The translations under genes and the position numbers were made by a program. From the NCBI GenBank assembly GCA_050331235.1, contig JBHJHA010000021.1, forward strand, positions 9,161-73,160: a stretch of 64,000 bases of DNA. Direction: 5' to 3'. This stretch comes from Leptolyngbyaceae cyanobacterium (lineage in GTDB: Bacteria; Cyanobacteriota; Cyanobacteriia; Phormidesmidales; Phormidesmidaceae). Shown in pieces: positions 11,101-22,574 of this stretch (the first letter of the stretch is position 1; each line of letters starts with the position of its first letter). The notes under the pieces are model-generated. The model saw nothing but the letters and a program-made list of their open reading frames with translations. It made no database searches and had not been told where the DNA came from.

Positions 11101-11429
11101 AGGTTGAGTTCCCGTGAGACGACAGAGGGTGCATTAAGCGACTCTCATCAAGCCGCGAAGAGAGGCGCGATCGCCGCCAATATGAAAAGAGTAGACACCT
11201 TTCTAATGAGCATCAAGCTGTATGAATCCTTTAATTCACCGAATAACATGGTTAGGCACCCATGTAGAAAAATTGGTCCCTCTGCTTCTGTTTTAAGCTT
11301 CAAGCTCAGTTTGTCAAGAAATATCCAAACTCGTCCTACCAAGAAAGTTAATGGTGCTGGTAAACAATGCCGAGGATCTTTAAGCGTCGATGCTTGAGTG
11401 ACTCAGTTTGGAAGGGAGTCAGCCGCTTC

Positions 11430-14003
11430 TCAATCGTCCGCCTCTGCATCGTCCGCCGCAGAATCAGGACAGGTTGAGATAATCTCCACCTCGTTGGCGG
11501 ATTGACGGCTGACTTCAGCTTCGCATGCTTCAATAGCTTCCTCGTCGTTAGATAACTCGATGTCGGTAGCAGCGGCTGTAGACCTCGAGTTGGGCTGCGC
11601 CGTTCTCTCCGCAGATAGATTTTCCAGGCTGGTCGTCGCCGCTGTCGCCCCTGCGATCTCCGGCTGTCCACTGCCCGGTTCAATTGCCGGGGTGGACGGA
11701 TTGGTCGGGATCGGGGTTGTGCCCGGTCCGTCGTCAATCATTGGCACAAACGGTTGATTTTGAAACGAGGTCACTAGGGAAGAGTCGGTCGCGCGGCGCA
11801 CAATCGCACCAGTGGCGCCACTTGCTTCTGTGGGAAACGTCCCGGCTGGGTACAGCGTCGAAAAATTGTCAAACACACCGTTAACGATATTGGTGCCGGG
11901 ATTGGTGATGGTGATGTCGTGGTCGTTTTGCGGACCGACGACGAACTGGATATCAGGGAAGGCTCCTGTGCCCTGAATGAAGAGCTTGCCGTCATCGAGG
12001 CTCGTCGTCACTGCCTGCCCCCCGTGCACGATGCTGATGGGCGGAGCTTCTTCGCCCAATTGAGGTACGGTGAGTACGCTTGTAGGAATGAAAATGCGGG
12101 TTTGAAAGTTGTCCGGGTTGGGACCGTCGACCAAGCCAGCGTCGATCAAAAGATCCGGGTCACCCCGGGACAAAAACTCAATGAGGTCGCCATCGGTAGC
12201 CGCTTCGAGGCGAATACTGAGCAAATCAACATTACTGCCCACAGCCTGAAACCGTCGGGCCGCATTGATGCTAATGCCCCCAGTGCCCGCAGTCAGCGTG
12301 TTGACGACGGTATCAGTTGCGGTCGAGGTCAGCGTAATCGCGCCTGCGGTTTCTAAATTGCCGCTATCAATCGCGCCTGCGGTGATTGTGATATTGCGAT
12401 CGCTAGCCTCAATTTCATCCTGACGATCTAGCATCTGGAATGTCCCGCCGGCCTCAAAGGTGATGCTCCCGGTCCCTGACTGGAACCTCAGCTCATTGTC
12501 CAGCAAATCATTGATAGTAATGCTGTTACTGGCCCGGAGGGCAATATTGGTGTTGCCGTTCAGCCCTTCCAGTTCCGATTCATAAATTTGACTAGGACCG
12601 AGATCAGCCGCCGCAATATCCGGGATGCTCAGCTCCGTCGGGCTAGCGCCAGGATCATCGCCATCATTGGCGGTGCCGTCCCCGACGCTACCGTTCAAAA
12701 TCACGATATCTGTGGGGTCTAGCAGCAGCGTGCCTGTGGCCCCCTGGTTAGCGGTGGTATCGACTGTGCCACGAAAGGCCAGGTACTGCTCACCGGATAC
12801 TTCAACCATCCCACCGTCACCGGAAACATTCCCCCCCGTGGCCGTAATCTGCCCGGAAAAAAGTGTGGCTCCGTCCGACCAGAGAATTACGTGACCGCCA
12901 TCGCCCTGCCCCCCACCGTCGGCAGCGATCGCTGTAGTCCCATCTACATAGGTGAACTGTGAGCCTGGTAGCGCCTCGCCGCCCTGCAAGTCGCCCCCCA
13001 ATCGCACACTGCCAGCGTCGCTTTCCCCCGAGACATTGATGGTGGCATTTAGCAACGCCACTTGATCGCCTACCACCGTGACTGCGCCCCCGCGATCGCC
13101 ACTGGTATCAACGCTTCCCGTCACTGTTGCAGCGCCCGTGGCAGCCTCAACGGAGCCATTTGCGTGGATGAGCGCGATGGCCCCATCGGGCTGTACCGTC
13201 AGGCCCGTGGCGATCGCCTTAGGCGCACCGGTCAGCAGAGCCGGCAATGACAGCGCTGAACCATCAGCCACCCCTGATTCACTAACTGGTAGGGTGACCA
13301 CTTCTAGATTGAGCACCATGTCTGGATGGCTAATTCTGACGAGGTTGCTGTTGGGAATGGCTGCGATCGTGATTTCCCCCCCCGGAGCCGTCAGGGAACC
13401 AACTGACAGGACTTGCCCCCCAATCAAGGTGATGGCTTCTCCTGGAGCAACCGTCAGATCAGCCACATTGACAATAGCCCCTGTGGCCTCGCCTGCAAAC
13501 ACGAACCCCGTTGGCGCACCCGAAAATTGGCCGACATCCTCAGTCCCCAAAACGTTAAACAGGGTCTCGTCGAAGAGCACGCCCGTTGCTGTGGTTGCCG
13601 CAAACGAACCACTCAAGTCCAATTGCGCCTGGGGTCCGAACAAAATCCCTGCGGGGTTAATCAAATAAAGGTCAGCGGGGCTGCCGGCGACGCGGAGCAA
13701 ACCATTAATATATGAAGCGTCGCCACCGACCACGCTACCAAGGATGGCCTGAACTTCCGGCTGCGCCAGAAAAGTTGCGATCTGTCCCTGGGTGAGTCCC
13801 AATTGCTCAAAGGTTTGGAAGAGGGTCTGCCCGTCGCCGGAGGTCGCGCCACCGGTAATGACGAACTCATCGCCGGCTTGTTGGACTTGGGTCGATGTGC
13901 CTGCTTGGGGCACAATGGGGGCCTGGGCATTCACCAATCGCGGCAAGGCTCCCGTCATGATGCTGATGGCGATCGCTGCGACCCCCTGAGGGAACTTGAT
14001 CAT
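11430..14003 (-). CDS. Filamentous haemagglutinin N-terminal (TPS) domain exoprotein, tandem paralog
   Basis: Signal peptide ending VNAQ, LFQTFEQLGL, ASYINGLL, LYLINPAGILFG, GGHVILWSDG, TLLLDPTDI. Confidence 0.9.
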   Translation of the reverse strand: MIKFPQGVAAIAISIMTGALPRLVNAQAPIVPQAGTSTQVQQAGDEFVITGGATSGDGQTLFQTFEQLGLTQGQIATFLAQPEVQAILGSVVGGDASYINGLLRVAGSPADLYLINPAGILFGPQAQLDLSGSFAATTATGVLFDETLFNVLGTEDVGQFSGAPTGFVFAGEATGAIVNVADLTVAPGEAITLIGGQVLSVGSLTAPGGEITIAAIPNSNLVRISHPDMVLNLEVVTLPVSESGVADGSALSLPALLTGAPKAIATGLTVQPDGAIALIHANGSVEAATGAATVTGSVDTSGDRGGAVTVVGDQVALLNATINVSGESDAGSVRLGGDLQGGEALPGSQFTYVDGTTAIAADGGGQGDGGHVILWSDGATLFSGQITATGGNVSGDGGMVEVSGEQYLAFRGTVDTTANQGATGTLLLDPTDIVILNGSVGDGTANDGDDPGASPTELSIPDIAAADLGPSQIYESELEGLNGNTNIALRASNSITINDLLDNELRFQSGTGSITFEAGGTFQMLDRQDEIEASDRNITITAGAIDSGNLETAGAITLTSTATDTVVNTLTAGTGGISINAARRFQAVGSNVDLLSIRLEAATDGDLIEFLSRGDPDLLIDAGLVDGPNPDNFQTRIFIPTSVLTVPQLGEEAPPISIVHGGQAVTTSLDDGKLFIQGTGAFPDIQFVVGPQNDHDITITNPGTNIVNGVFDNFSTLYPAGTFPTEASGATGAIVRRATDSSLVTSFQNQPFVPMIDDGPGTTPIPTNPSTPAIEPGSGQPEIAGATAATTSLENLSAERTAQPNSRSTAAATDIELSNDEEAIEACEAEVSRQSANEVEIISTCPDSAADDAEADD

Positions 14004-14078
14004 CAGTTACCAACGCCTAACTCATCAATCGCTGTCAGTCCGATTCACCCTGTTGTAGATTCACGCTGGCGGCCTGCA

Positions 14079-14094
14079 GTTCGGAAAACCACAC
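14079..14094 (+). promoter_or_regulatory. K-box upstream of groESL
   Basis: GTTCGG-AAAA-CCACAC fits the cyanobacterial K-box consensus GTTCGG-NNAN-CCNNAC, just upstream of the putative promoter. Confidence 0.75.
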
Positions 14095-14133
14095 TCGCCC
14101 CGCTGTTGTAGTTGCCCCCGGCAAAGCTCTAAA

Positions 14134-14160
14134 TTGGCACTCGGAGCGTGAGAGTGCTAA
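14134..14160 (+). promoter_or_regulatory. CIRCE element (HrcA operator)
   Basis: TTGGCACTC-N9-GAGTGCTAA, one mismatch to TTAGCACTC-N9-GAGTGCTAA. Overlaps a putative -10 TAAATT at 14130-14135. Confidence 0.93.
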
Positions 14161-14240
14161 CCAGAGCAAATGATTGAGTTGTTCTTTGTTCTAGCCAAGC
14201 ATATCTTCACCTCGGTGTTAGCGAATCTGGAGAATTTGTA

Positions 14241-14552
14241 ATGGCAGCAATCACTTTGAGTGCATCCAGCGTGACCCCCCTTGGCGATCGCGTGTTGGTA
14301 AAGGTCAGCGAGTCTGAAGAAACCACTGCGGGTGGGATCTTATTGCCCGATACCGCTAAGGAAAAGCCCCAAGTCGGCGAAATTACTGCTGTTGGTCCTG
14401 GTAAGCGCAGTGAAGACGGTAGCCGTCAGGCCCCCGAAGTCAAGGCCGGCGACAAGGTTCTCTATTCTAAGTATGCCGGTACCGATATCAAACTCGGCGG
14501 CGACGAGTACGTGTTGCTTTCCGAGAAGGACATCCTCGCTACTTTGGGCTAA
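14241..14552 (+). CDS. groES: Co-chaperonin GroES
   Basis: [37 protein letters not shown]. Confidence 0.98.
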   Translation: MAAITLSASSVTPLGDRVLVKVSESEETTAGGILLPDTAKEKPQVGEITAVGPGKRSEDGSRQAPEVKAGDKVLYSKYAGTDIKLGGDEYVLLSEKDILATLG

Positions 14553-14606
14553 ACCACAAGGCTTACAGAAGGTGCTAGGGGCAGACCGTTGATCACAGAG
14601 CTGCCT

Positions 14607-14634
14607 CAAAACCTAGAGCCCAAAACCTAGACCC
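14607..14634. repeat. Short tandem repeat in the groES-groEL spacer (STRR-like heptamers)
   Basis: CAAAACCTAGAGCC CAAAACCTAGACCC. Confidence 0.55.
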
Positions 14635-14652
14635 TAAGAACCTCAGGTTTAA

Positions 14653-16320
<1,668 letters not shown>

Positions 16321-16372
16321 CTCTAGGTAGCGATACTGAACGTCTCGTTTTGAGGCGTTTGATATCTCAAGG

Positions 16373-16407
16373 ACACTGCTTCTCGATAAAGAGAAGCAGT
16401 GTTTTTT
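16373..16407 (+). terminator. Intrinsic terminator of groESL
   Basis: 12-bp stem ACACTGCTTCTC/GAGAAGCAGTGT followed by a T tract. Confidence 0.85.
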
Positions 16408-16557
16408 ATGCCTGAATTCATCCTTCAACGTTGCGACACCAGAGCACTGTTCGTCTGACCACAACTTATGAAGAAGCCGCTTTTTACATTGGCCGACTGA
16501 ATCACCAACACAATCGAGTGATACATTTAACTGACCTTTACGCGGCTCCTATTGACG

Positions 16558-17592
16558 ATGAGAGTGACCCAACAAACTGACACAGAGCTAGTAATTGAGA
16601 GCTTTGTCAATAAACAGCAACTGATTTTTCCTGGGGCTCTGTTGGGGTTGGGAATAGTAAGTCTAGGGCTTGCTGCGATTACGGGATTCCTTAACGGCGG
16701 GGTAGTCTTCATCTGCTTACTTGTAGGCGGCTTAGGGGGATGGATGCTCTTGGATGGGTGGAAGTCAGACATACTAATCCTAGATCAAGTCAACAACCAG
16801 ATTCGGTACCATCGCAAAGCCCTCTTGGGCAGCCAACAGTGGGAAACACCCTTGTCGACCCTACAGGATGTCAGCATCGTTAATTTCAAACGCCGCCATA
16901 AAAAATCTGACGGCAGTAGCGGCGTTCAGTGGTTTTACACTGTCAAGCTAGTGGCCCGTGGAGCTGAACCCCAGACGATGCTCTACACTCGAAATCAGGA
17001 CAGTGTCGATGTTGCTTACCACACGATCAAAACATTTTGGGGCGCTGCTGCTAACCGGTCTCCTGCCACGATGAATCGTCCTCAGGGCCGCGGGCTAGGG
17101 TTCGTAATCTCTCCAAGCTATGAGCAATGGCGCGAAACCACCTGGGCACTTGAACCCGCACAAGCCGGAGGCACCAGCGACGAGCCCGATCTCGTCTACG
17201 GCGTACTTATCGATGTGGGAATGTGGGACGCTCAGACATCACAGCTGTGGGCAATTTCAATGAGTGCTTTTCGCTCAGGGGATGCTTCATTTTTTCCCAC
17301 GCCGGGCAGCGGCGTTGTTGGCCTGGGGCAAAAACCTGAAGTCGCAAAGGCGGCTGCCACCATTATTGACTTGGCACAAAACCTGCTAGCCAACGCCTCA
17401 CCTTTGGCGGTTGATGCCTTGCCCGATCAGCCCGATTTAGTGCAGTTCGTCCTGCTGACACCCAATGGCGCTTATATTGTTGCCGACCACCTCAAGCAGC
17501 TATTACAAAACCGCAATCAGCCTCTTGGTCAAATGCTGGGCCAGTTTAGCCTAATTCGTCAAGCGGCTGAACAGCTCCTAGACCAGCGCTAG
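16558..17592 (+). CDS. Hypothetical two-domain membrane protein
   Basis: Two N-terminal TM helices, a PH-like beta segment, a linker, then a soluble domain (VYGVLIDVGM...GDASFFPTPGSGVVGLG). Confidence 0.7.
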   Translation: MRVTQQTDTELVIESFVNKQQLIFPGALLGLGIVSLGLAAITGFLNGGVVFICLLVGGLGGWMLLDGWKSDILILDQVNNQIRYHRKALLGSQQWETPLSTLQDVSIVNFKRRHKKSDGSSGVQWFYTVKLVARGAEPQTMLYTRNQDSVDVAYHTIKTFWGAAANRSPATMNRPQGRGLGFVISPSYEQWRETTWALEPAQAGGTSDEPDLVYGVLIDVGMWDAQTSQLWAISMSAFRSGDASFFPTPGSGVVGLGQKPEVAKAAATIIDLAQNLLANASPLAVDALPDQPDLVQFVLLTPNGAYIVADHLKQLLQNRNQPLGQMLGQFSLIRQAAEQLLDQR

Positions 17593-18343
17593 AGCAAAGT
17601 ATCAGTACGAGTGCGATCGCCTATCGTCTTGGATTATGTAGAACAAAGGTGAAGCCCAACATCCCCAATACGAATTTTCCACTATTCCCACAGCTCAATT
17701 AACTGGGTCCACTCACCTTCAGCCTTATCTCGAATATTAAAAATCCTACTCAACAAAGGTAGTAAAAACTGGAATACAGCCACTCAATCGGAGTCATCAC
17801 TAAGCCATGAATGATCAAATTGATGTGGATGTCATCAACATAATGCGCAACATCTTGCTCATCCCCACAATGGTCAGCGTTATCAACTACAAAGCAAAAC
17901 CCAAAAAACCGAAATCCGGAAAGAATATCAAAAATCATCGAACTTTTATTGAAGAACTCATCTGCTCGAAGGACAGTCTTTTTTTATGAAGCTTCGAGCA
18001 ACAACACAGTGTCTAACTGAAAACGATTTACTGCAGCTTCAAATTTCAGGAACCGAATGCAGGAAACAACATCTGTTCTATGTACTTTCCATGAATTTAA
18101 CCTAAGTACGGTTCCGGATTGCCGTGACATTGACTACAAACAAATTGTCACCGAGATTTTTATCCCTCAGGAAATTCAATTAATTCAGGGAATCTGCTGA
18201 GATCGTCTTCGCAGCATCCGTATTTGCACGGAGCCATTGAGAAATTTTTACTTGTCTATACAAAGTCAAGATTGATGCCCTCAGGCAGTGGACGATGCTG
18301 TAAAACCTACCGTCAAAATCAACCATTAGGTAATGAGGAAAAT

Positions 18344-19000
18344 ATGAAGAACATGATGTTTAAAGCCGCGATCGCGGGCTCTGTAGCAATCAGCGCCACT
18401 CTTGCAGGAACTGCAGAAGCTCAGATTTCTTTCAACGGTGTGAGTTCAACTTGGAGCAACAGTCAGTGCTCGTCGTTTCTATGCAATGTTGATGAAAATG
18501 TCAATGTTTCCGGCTTCAATGCGATCCAGTACGGAACGAGCCCTGATTCGGCAATCGGATTTAGAGATGATGGTCCAAATACTGCAGGTTTTGGCGAATT
18601 CTTTCGAATTGGCACTCTGGGTTTCTTAAACACCGGAGACTTCACCAATATCCTGGATACTGCAGACCTCAACTTAACACTAGATTTCGCATCCCCAAGT
18701 GGTTTGTTGGCGGGCTTAGACTTTGTCGCCAATATTGCTCAAAATGGCTTGGCTCCCGATACCGTAGATATCACCCCTCAGTTTGACTCTTTGATCGCCA
18801 CTGCTTCCGACGGTCAAAAATATAAAGTTAGCGTTGGCTTTGCGGGTGTTCCATTTGAAGGCAAATTCTTTGACCCAACAACAAGAGGCGTATTTGCCAA
18901 AGTTGAAACAGTCCCCGAGCCTGCTTTGATGCTGGGTCTGGGGACCGTGGCGGCGGCTGGCTTACTTGCCCAGAAGCGCTCTCGCAAAGAGACTTCTTAA
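18344..19000 (+). CDS. PEP-CTERM sorting-domain exoprotein (core resembles choice-of-anchor K)
   Basis: RBS GAGGAA, signal peptide ending AEA, C-terminal VPEPALMLGLGTVAAAGLLAQKRSRK. Confidence 0.9.
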   Translation: MKNMMFKAAIAGSVAISATLAGTAEAQISFNGVSSTWSNSQCSSFLCNVDENVNVSGFNAIQYGTSPDSAIGFRDDGPNTAGFGEFFRIGTLGFLNTGDFTNILDTADLNLTLDFASPSGLLAGLDFVANIAQNGLAPDTVDITPQFDSLIATASDGQKYKVSVGFAGVPFEGKFFDPTTRGVFAKVETVPEPALMLGLGTVAAAGLLAQKRSRKETS

Positions 19001-19035
19001 GCGCAACAGCTACGCCCTTTTTTGATTAGGCACCT

Positions 19036-19080
19036 AAACCATAGCGGGAGTCTCAATTTGCGGGCTCTCGCTATGGTTTT
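19036..19080. terminator. Probable bidirectional terminator between convergent genes
   Basis: AAACCATAGCGGGAG...CTCTCGCTATGGTTT inverted repeat. Confidence 0.75.
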
Positions 19081-19090
19081 CTCTATCAGC

Positions 19091-21448
19091 TCACTTGGTT
19101 TCTTGCTCAGTCGCATCCGCCCAGTCGGTAGGCAGATAGCCCGTCGCCTCATCCCAGCGATCGTCTTCTTCAGTTTCGATCGCCTGTGAGTCGACATCAA
19201 GGACCAGCTTGTCGTGCACGACAAGCGAGTCTGGGAGGGTTACTGGAATTTCCCGTAGGGCTGCCAGCACAGCCTGGGCAGATGCGTAGCGCTGAGAAAA
19301 GTCGTAGCGCACCATTTTAGTGATCACCTCACCCAAGGCCGGGTGCAAATCAGCCACGCGATATTGCCAAATTACCTCACCGCGATCGTCGTACTGCATC
19401 TTAAAGGGGGAAACGCCAGTCAGCGCCTCGATCGCCGTCATGCCCACCGCGTAAATATCGCTATTCATTCTTGGTAAGCCAGCCGACTGCTCACTAGGCA
19501 TGTAGCCCTTGGTGCCAATGCCGATGGTTGACGTGACCTGCGGTTCATTTTCAGTAATCTGGTTAGAGATTTCTTTCACCGAGCCAAAGTCAATCAAAAC
19601 CAGTCGACCATCGCCTGCCCGCCGAATCAGGTTAGACGGTTTGATATCCCGGTGAATCACCCCCTGGCTGTGAACGTATTCCACAACGGGGAGAATATCC
19701 AGTAAGAAGTTCATGACCCACGCCTGCGATTTGGGTTGGCGGGAGGTGAGCTCATCCTTGAGCATGTTTCCCTGGATCATTTCCTCCACCAGGTAAAAGG
19801 AAGCTGCTGTTTCAAAGTGAGCTAGCAGTCGGGGAATCTGATTGTGGTGGCCGAGCCGCTCTAGGGTTTGCGCTTCAGATACAAAAAGACGATGGGCCAG
19901 CTCGTGCGATCGCGGGTCGTCGCTCAAAATCCGCAGCCGCTTGACCACGCAAATAGGATTGCCCGGTCGATGGGTATCGACAGCGGTGTAGGTTTCGCTA
20001 AATCCACCCGCCCCTAGCACCGCCTGGACCTGATATCGCGCCGCGAGAATCGTGCCAACGACCTCAGCCTGACGAGCCTCGATCAAATCGTGGAAGTCCT
20101 CTTCTTGGCTGATGATCTCTTGCACGATGGGTGACGTGGCGTATTGGGCCAGCTTTTGCTTCAGTCGCTGTTTTTTAACGCGCTCGGCCAATAGTCCTGT
20201 GGCGGTGTAGCAGCCCCCGGTCAAGAGCAGGGCCATCGTCGTGCTGGCAACGGGTAAAAAGACATGAAAGCTGACAAAACTTGCATAGCTAACGAAGAGC
20301 CATCCCATGACTACGATCAACGTCCACCCCAAACGATGAATATTGCGCTTGCTGTAAGACAGCAAGACAATAAACCCTACGCCCACAACGGCAATTACCC
20401 CGGCCCGGCTCATGGGTGCTGGCAGCAGCGTTGCTATGGAGGTGCCAGCCCGCAGGGTGGCAATGTCATTGGCTAAAATCTCGACCCCTGGCATTGGCAA
20501 AGGGTAGGCCACGCTCCGGGCAAACGGCACGTCGTGAAAGTCTTGGTGCACGCTGGCGGTCGTCCCAATCAGCACAATCTTGTTTTGAAAAACCGCCCCG
20601 GACTGTAGATAGTTGGTCCAAGGGTCGGAATCCATTACATACCAAAAGGGCACATGCTCAAATGTGCGTACCGGGCCCAAAAAGTTGATGCCCTGACCGG
20701 AGCCAGATGCCGGCTCAATTTGGGCAGCATCTAGGGTGGCTTGGGCAAAACTCCGCTGCTCATCCCAGGCGTCGGCTTGGGTATTGACGTTCTCGGCGAT
20801 CGCCGACTGGGCTAAATTCTCAAAGTAGGTATGACCATGCTGATGAATGCGACCATCGGCTTCTAATGGAAAGTTGATATTGCCGAGGTGAACGCCCCCT
20901 TGTTGAAACTGCGGCAGGGGAAAGGTCGGCTGTAGCATAGCGCCCTGACGCATGAGGTTATCTTCAAACCGCATGGCCAATGTGACGCGATCGCCATACC
21001 GCTGCAGCACCTCAGCTAAGCGCTCATCATCCATCGCGTCGTAGGCACTATCCGTCGCCAGCAGCAAATCGATTGATACGGCCTTAGCCCCGGCCTCCAT
21101 TAACCGTTCGACCACAACGGCATAGGCTTCTCGCTGCCATGGCCATTGCTGAATGGGCTCTAAATCAGCATGCTTGCCTGGATCGCTACGGTAGTGTTCC
21201 GACTGCGCTAGCGATTCTTCATCAATTGCCAAAATAACGATGTCATCGGGAGCCGCTTGGGGACCTCGCAACTCAAACAACAGCGTTTGGACCTGGCGTT
21301 CCCACTGTTGTAAAAAGGGACTGTCAATACCGGTGAGGAGTGCAGCCACAGCCAAACAGCTACCTGCAATGAGTTTTTGCCAAGGCAAAACCAACGGCTT
21401 CTGTAACGCTTGGGTTTTAGATTGAGTTGCAGTAGCGGAATAAGGCAT
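19091..21448 (-). CDS. CHASE2-domain membrane Ser/Thr protein kinase
   Basis: DIVILAIDEESL, WPWQR, KIVLIGTT, MPGVEILAN (CHASE2). Three TM helices. Kinase motifs LGAGGFSETY, HRDIKPSN, DFG, GTKGYMPSEQ. Confidence 0.93.
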   Translation of the reverse strand: MPYSATATQSKTQALQKPLVLPWQKLIAGSCLAVAALLTGIDSPFLQQWERQVQTLLFELRGPQAAPDDIVILAIDEESLAQSEHYRSDPGKHADLEPIQQWPWQREAYAVVVERLMEAGAKAVSIDLLLATDSAYDAMDDERLAEVLQRYGDRVTLAMRFEDNLMRQGAMLQPTFPLPQFQQGGVHLGNINFPLEADGRIHQHGHTYFENLAQSAIAENVNTQADAWDEQRSFAQATLDAAQIEPASGSGQGINFLGPVRTFEHVPFWYVMDSDPWTNYLQSGAVFQNKIVLIGTTASVHQDFHDVPFARSVAYPLPMPGVEILANDIATLRAGTSIATLLPAPMSRAGVIAVVGVGFIVLLSYSKRNIHRLGWTLIVVMGWLFVSYASFVSFHVFLPVASTTMALLLTGGCYTATGLLAERVKKQRLKQKLAQYATSPIVQEIISQEEDFHDLIEARQAEVVGTILAARYQVQAVLGAGGFSETYTAVDTHRPGNPICVVKRLRILSDDPRSHELAHRLFVSEAQTLERLGHHNQIPRLLAHFETAASFYLVEEMIQGNMLKDELTSRQPKSQAWVMNFLLDILPVVEYVHSQGVIHRDIKPSNLIRRAGDGRLVLIDFGSVKEISNQITENEPQVTSTIGIGTKGYMPSEQSAGLPRMNSDIYAVGMTAIEALTGVSPFKMQYDDRGEVIWQYRVADLHPALGEVITKMVRYDFSQRYASAQAVLAALREIPVTLPDSLVVHDKLVLDVDSQAIETEEDDRWDEATGYLPTDWADATEQETK

Positions 21449-21725
21449 AGCGATCAGGTTGACGGCAACGCTTCGTCATTGTGTCTTCGCTGGGACAAAA
21501 CTCAAAGCAAACGATCGAATAAATGCACTCACCCCTCACAATAACCTCTACACCGGCAAATAGCGGTAATTACTGACGGTATCCCAGCCACGTGCTCAAA
21601 TTTATCTCCTTCTGGTCCCTACCCCGGAGGGTGGCTGGTGATTGCAGAAAAAAGCAGTAAACCAGTCAGGTGTTGCCTGCCGATCTACTGCTGAGTTTGC
21701 TTGCTAATGTCTCGTGTGGGTGCGC

Positions 21726-22082
21726 TTACTGCCCAGTCAACTCTTGAACTGCGTCTTTCGCTTTTTCGACGAGGCTCTCGTTATCTTCTTTGGGGTCAAA
21801 CTTACCTTCCGCCTGGCGCTTTTCCTCTCGCAGTCCTGCTGCTTCGCTGATGCTATAGGCCCGATCCAGGCGTTCCTCGGGGGTGAGGGGAGCATCTTTA
21901 GATCGACCGGTGAGCTCTCGTAAGGTTTGCCCATGGGCCTCTTGGGAGTTGAAAGGGACCTGTGCGGCGCTAGGAGGAACGGCGATCGCGAGCACGCTGG
22001 TAAGGCTCAGCAAGGTGACAAAACCAACTACGAGAGAGCGCCGTACCCAATGGGCCAGACGATTAAAGCTGAAGTGAATCAT
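21726..22082 (-). CDS. Hypothetical exported small protein with charged helical (LEA-like) C-terminus
   Basis: Signal peptide; EERLDRAY...EKAKDAVQELTG. Confidence 0.7.
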   Translation of the reverse strand: MIHFSFNRLAHWVRRSLVVGFVTLLSLTSVLAIAVPPSAAQVPFNSQEAHGQTLRELTGRSKDAPLTPEERLDRAYSISEAAGLREEKRQAEGKFDPKEDNESLVEKAKDAVQELTGQ

Positions 22083-22235
22083 TAGACTATACGTAATGTC
22101 GACATGGTTTGAGGGGGATTGCCCGACTGCCGATCATCAGCATATCGAGGGGATAGATATCTACCATTCCCCCTGCGGACACATGCTGGGTTGAACCACT
22201 GGATAGATTTCGATGCGATTTCCCCAAGAGCAATC

Positions 22236-22559
22236 ATGGCTTTCAAAAAACGACTCTTATTGATTGGGCTGACCATTCTCTGCTGGTGGGGGCTCACGGT
22301 TGCTGTTGCGGCCCAGGGCACTAGTCTGAGGCTAGAGTCGCGCGTCGATCGCTTGGAGGCGGAACTGTCCCGCGTGCGATCGCGGCTCAATCAGGTCGAG
22401 GCCCGCAACAATATTCCCCCCAGTACGCCCAGCGCGACTCCAGGGCTTAACGAGCCCTCGTTAGAGGAGCAGTTTGATAACCTGGCTACCCTCGCTATTG
22501 AACTGAAGCAAGATGTCCGCCAGCTCGAAGTCCGCATTACCGAGTTAGAAAGCGAATGA
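22236..22559 (+). CDS. Hypothetical exported coiled-coil protein
   Basis: Signal peptide; LESRVDRLEAE...FDNLATLAIELK. Confidence 0.75.
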   Translation: MAFKKRLLLIGLTILCWWGLTVAVAAQGTSLRLESRVDRLEAELSRVRSRLNQVEARNNIPPSTPSATPGLNEPSLEEQFDNLATLAIELKQDVRQLEVRITELESE

Positions 22560-22574
22560 TGCGTGACACCCTGC

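Noticed and set aside
17750..17989. 60-62 aa ORFs upstream of the PEP-CTERM gene
   Set aside because: No motif or clear RBS, they overlap on opposite strands, and the context is AT-rich intergenic DNA.
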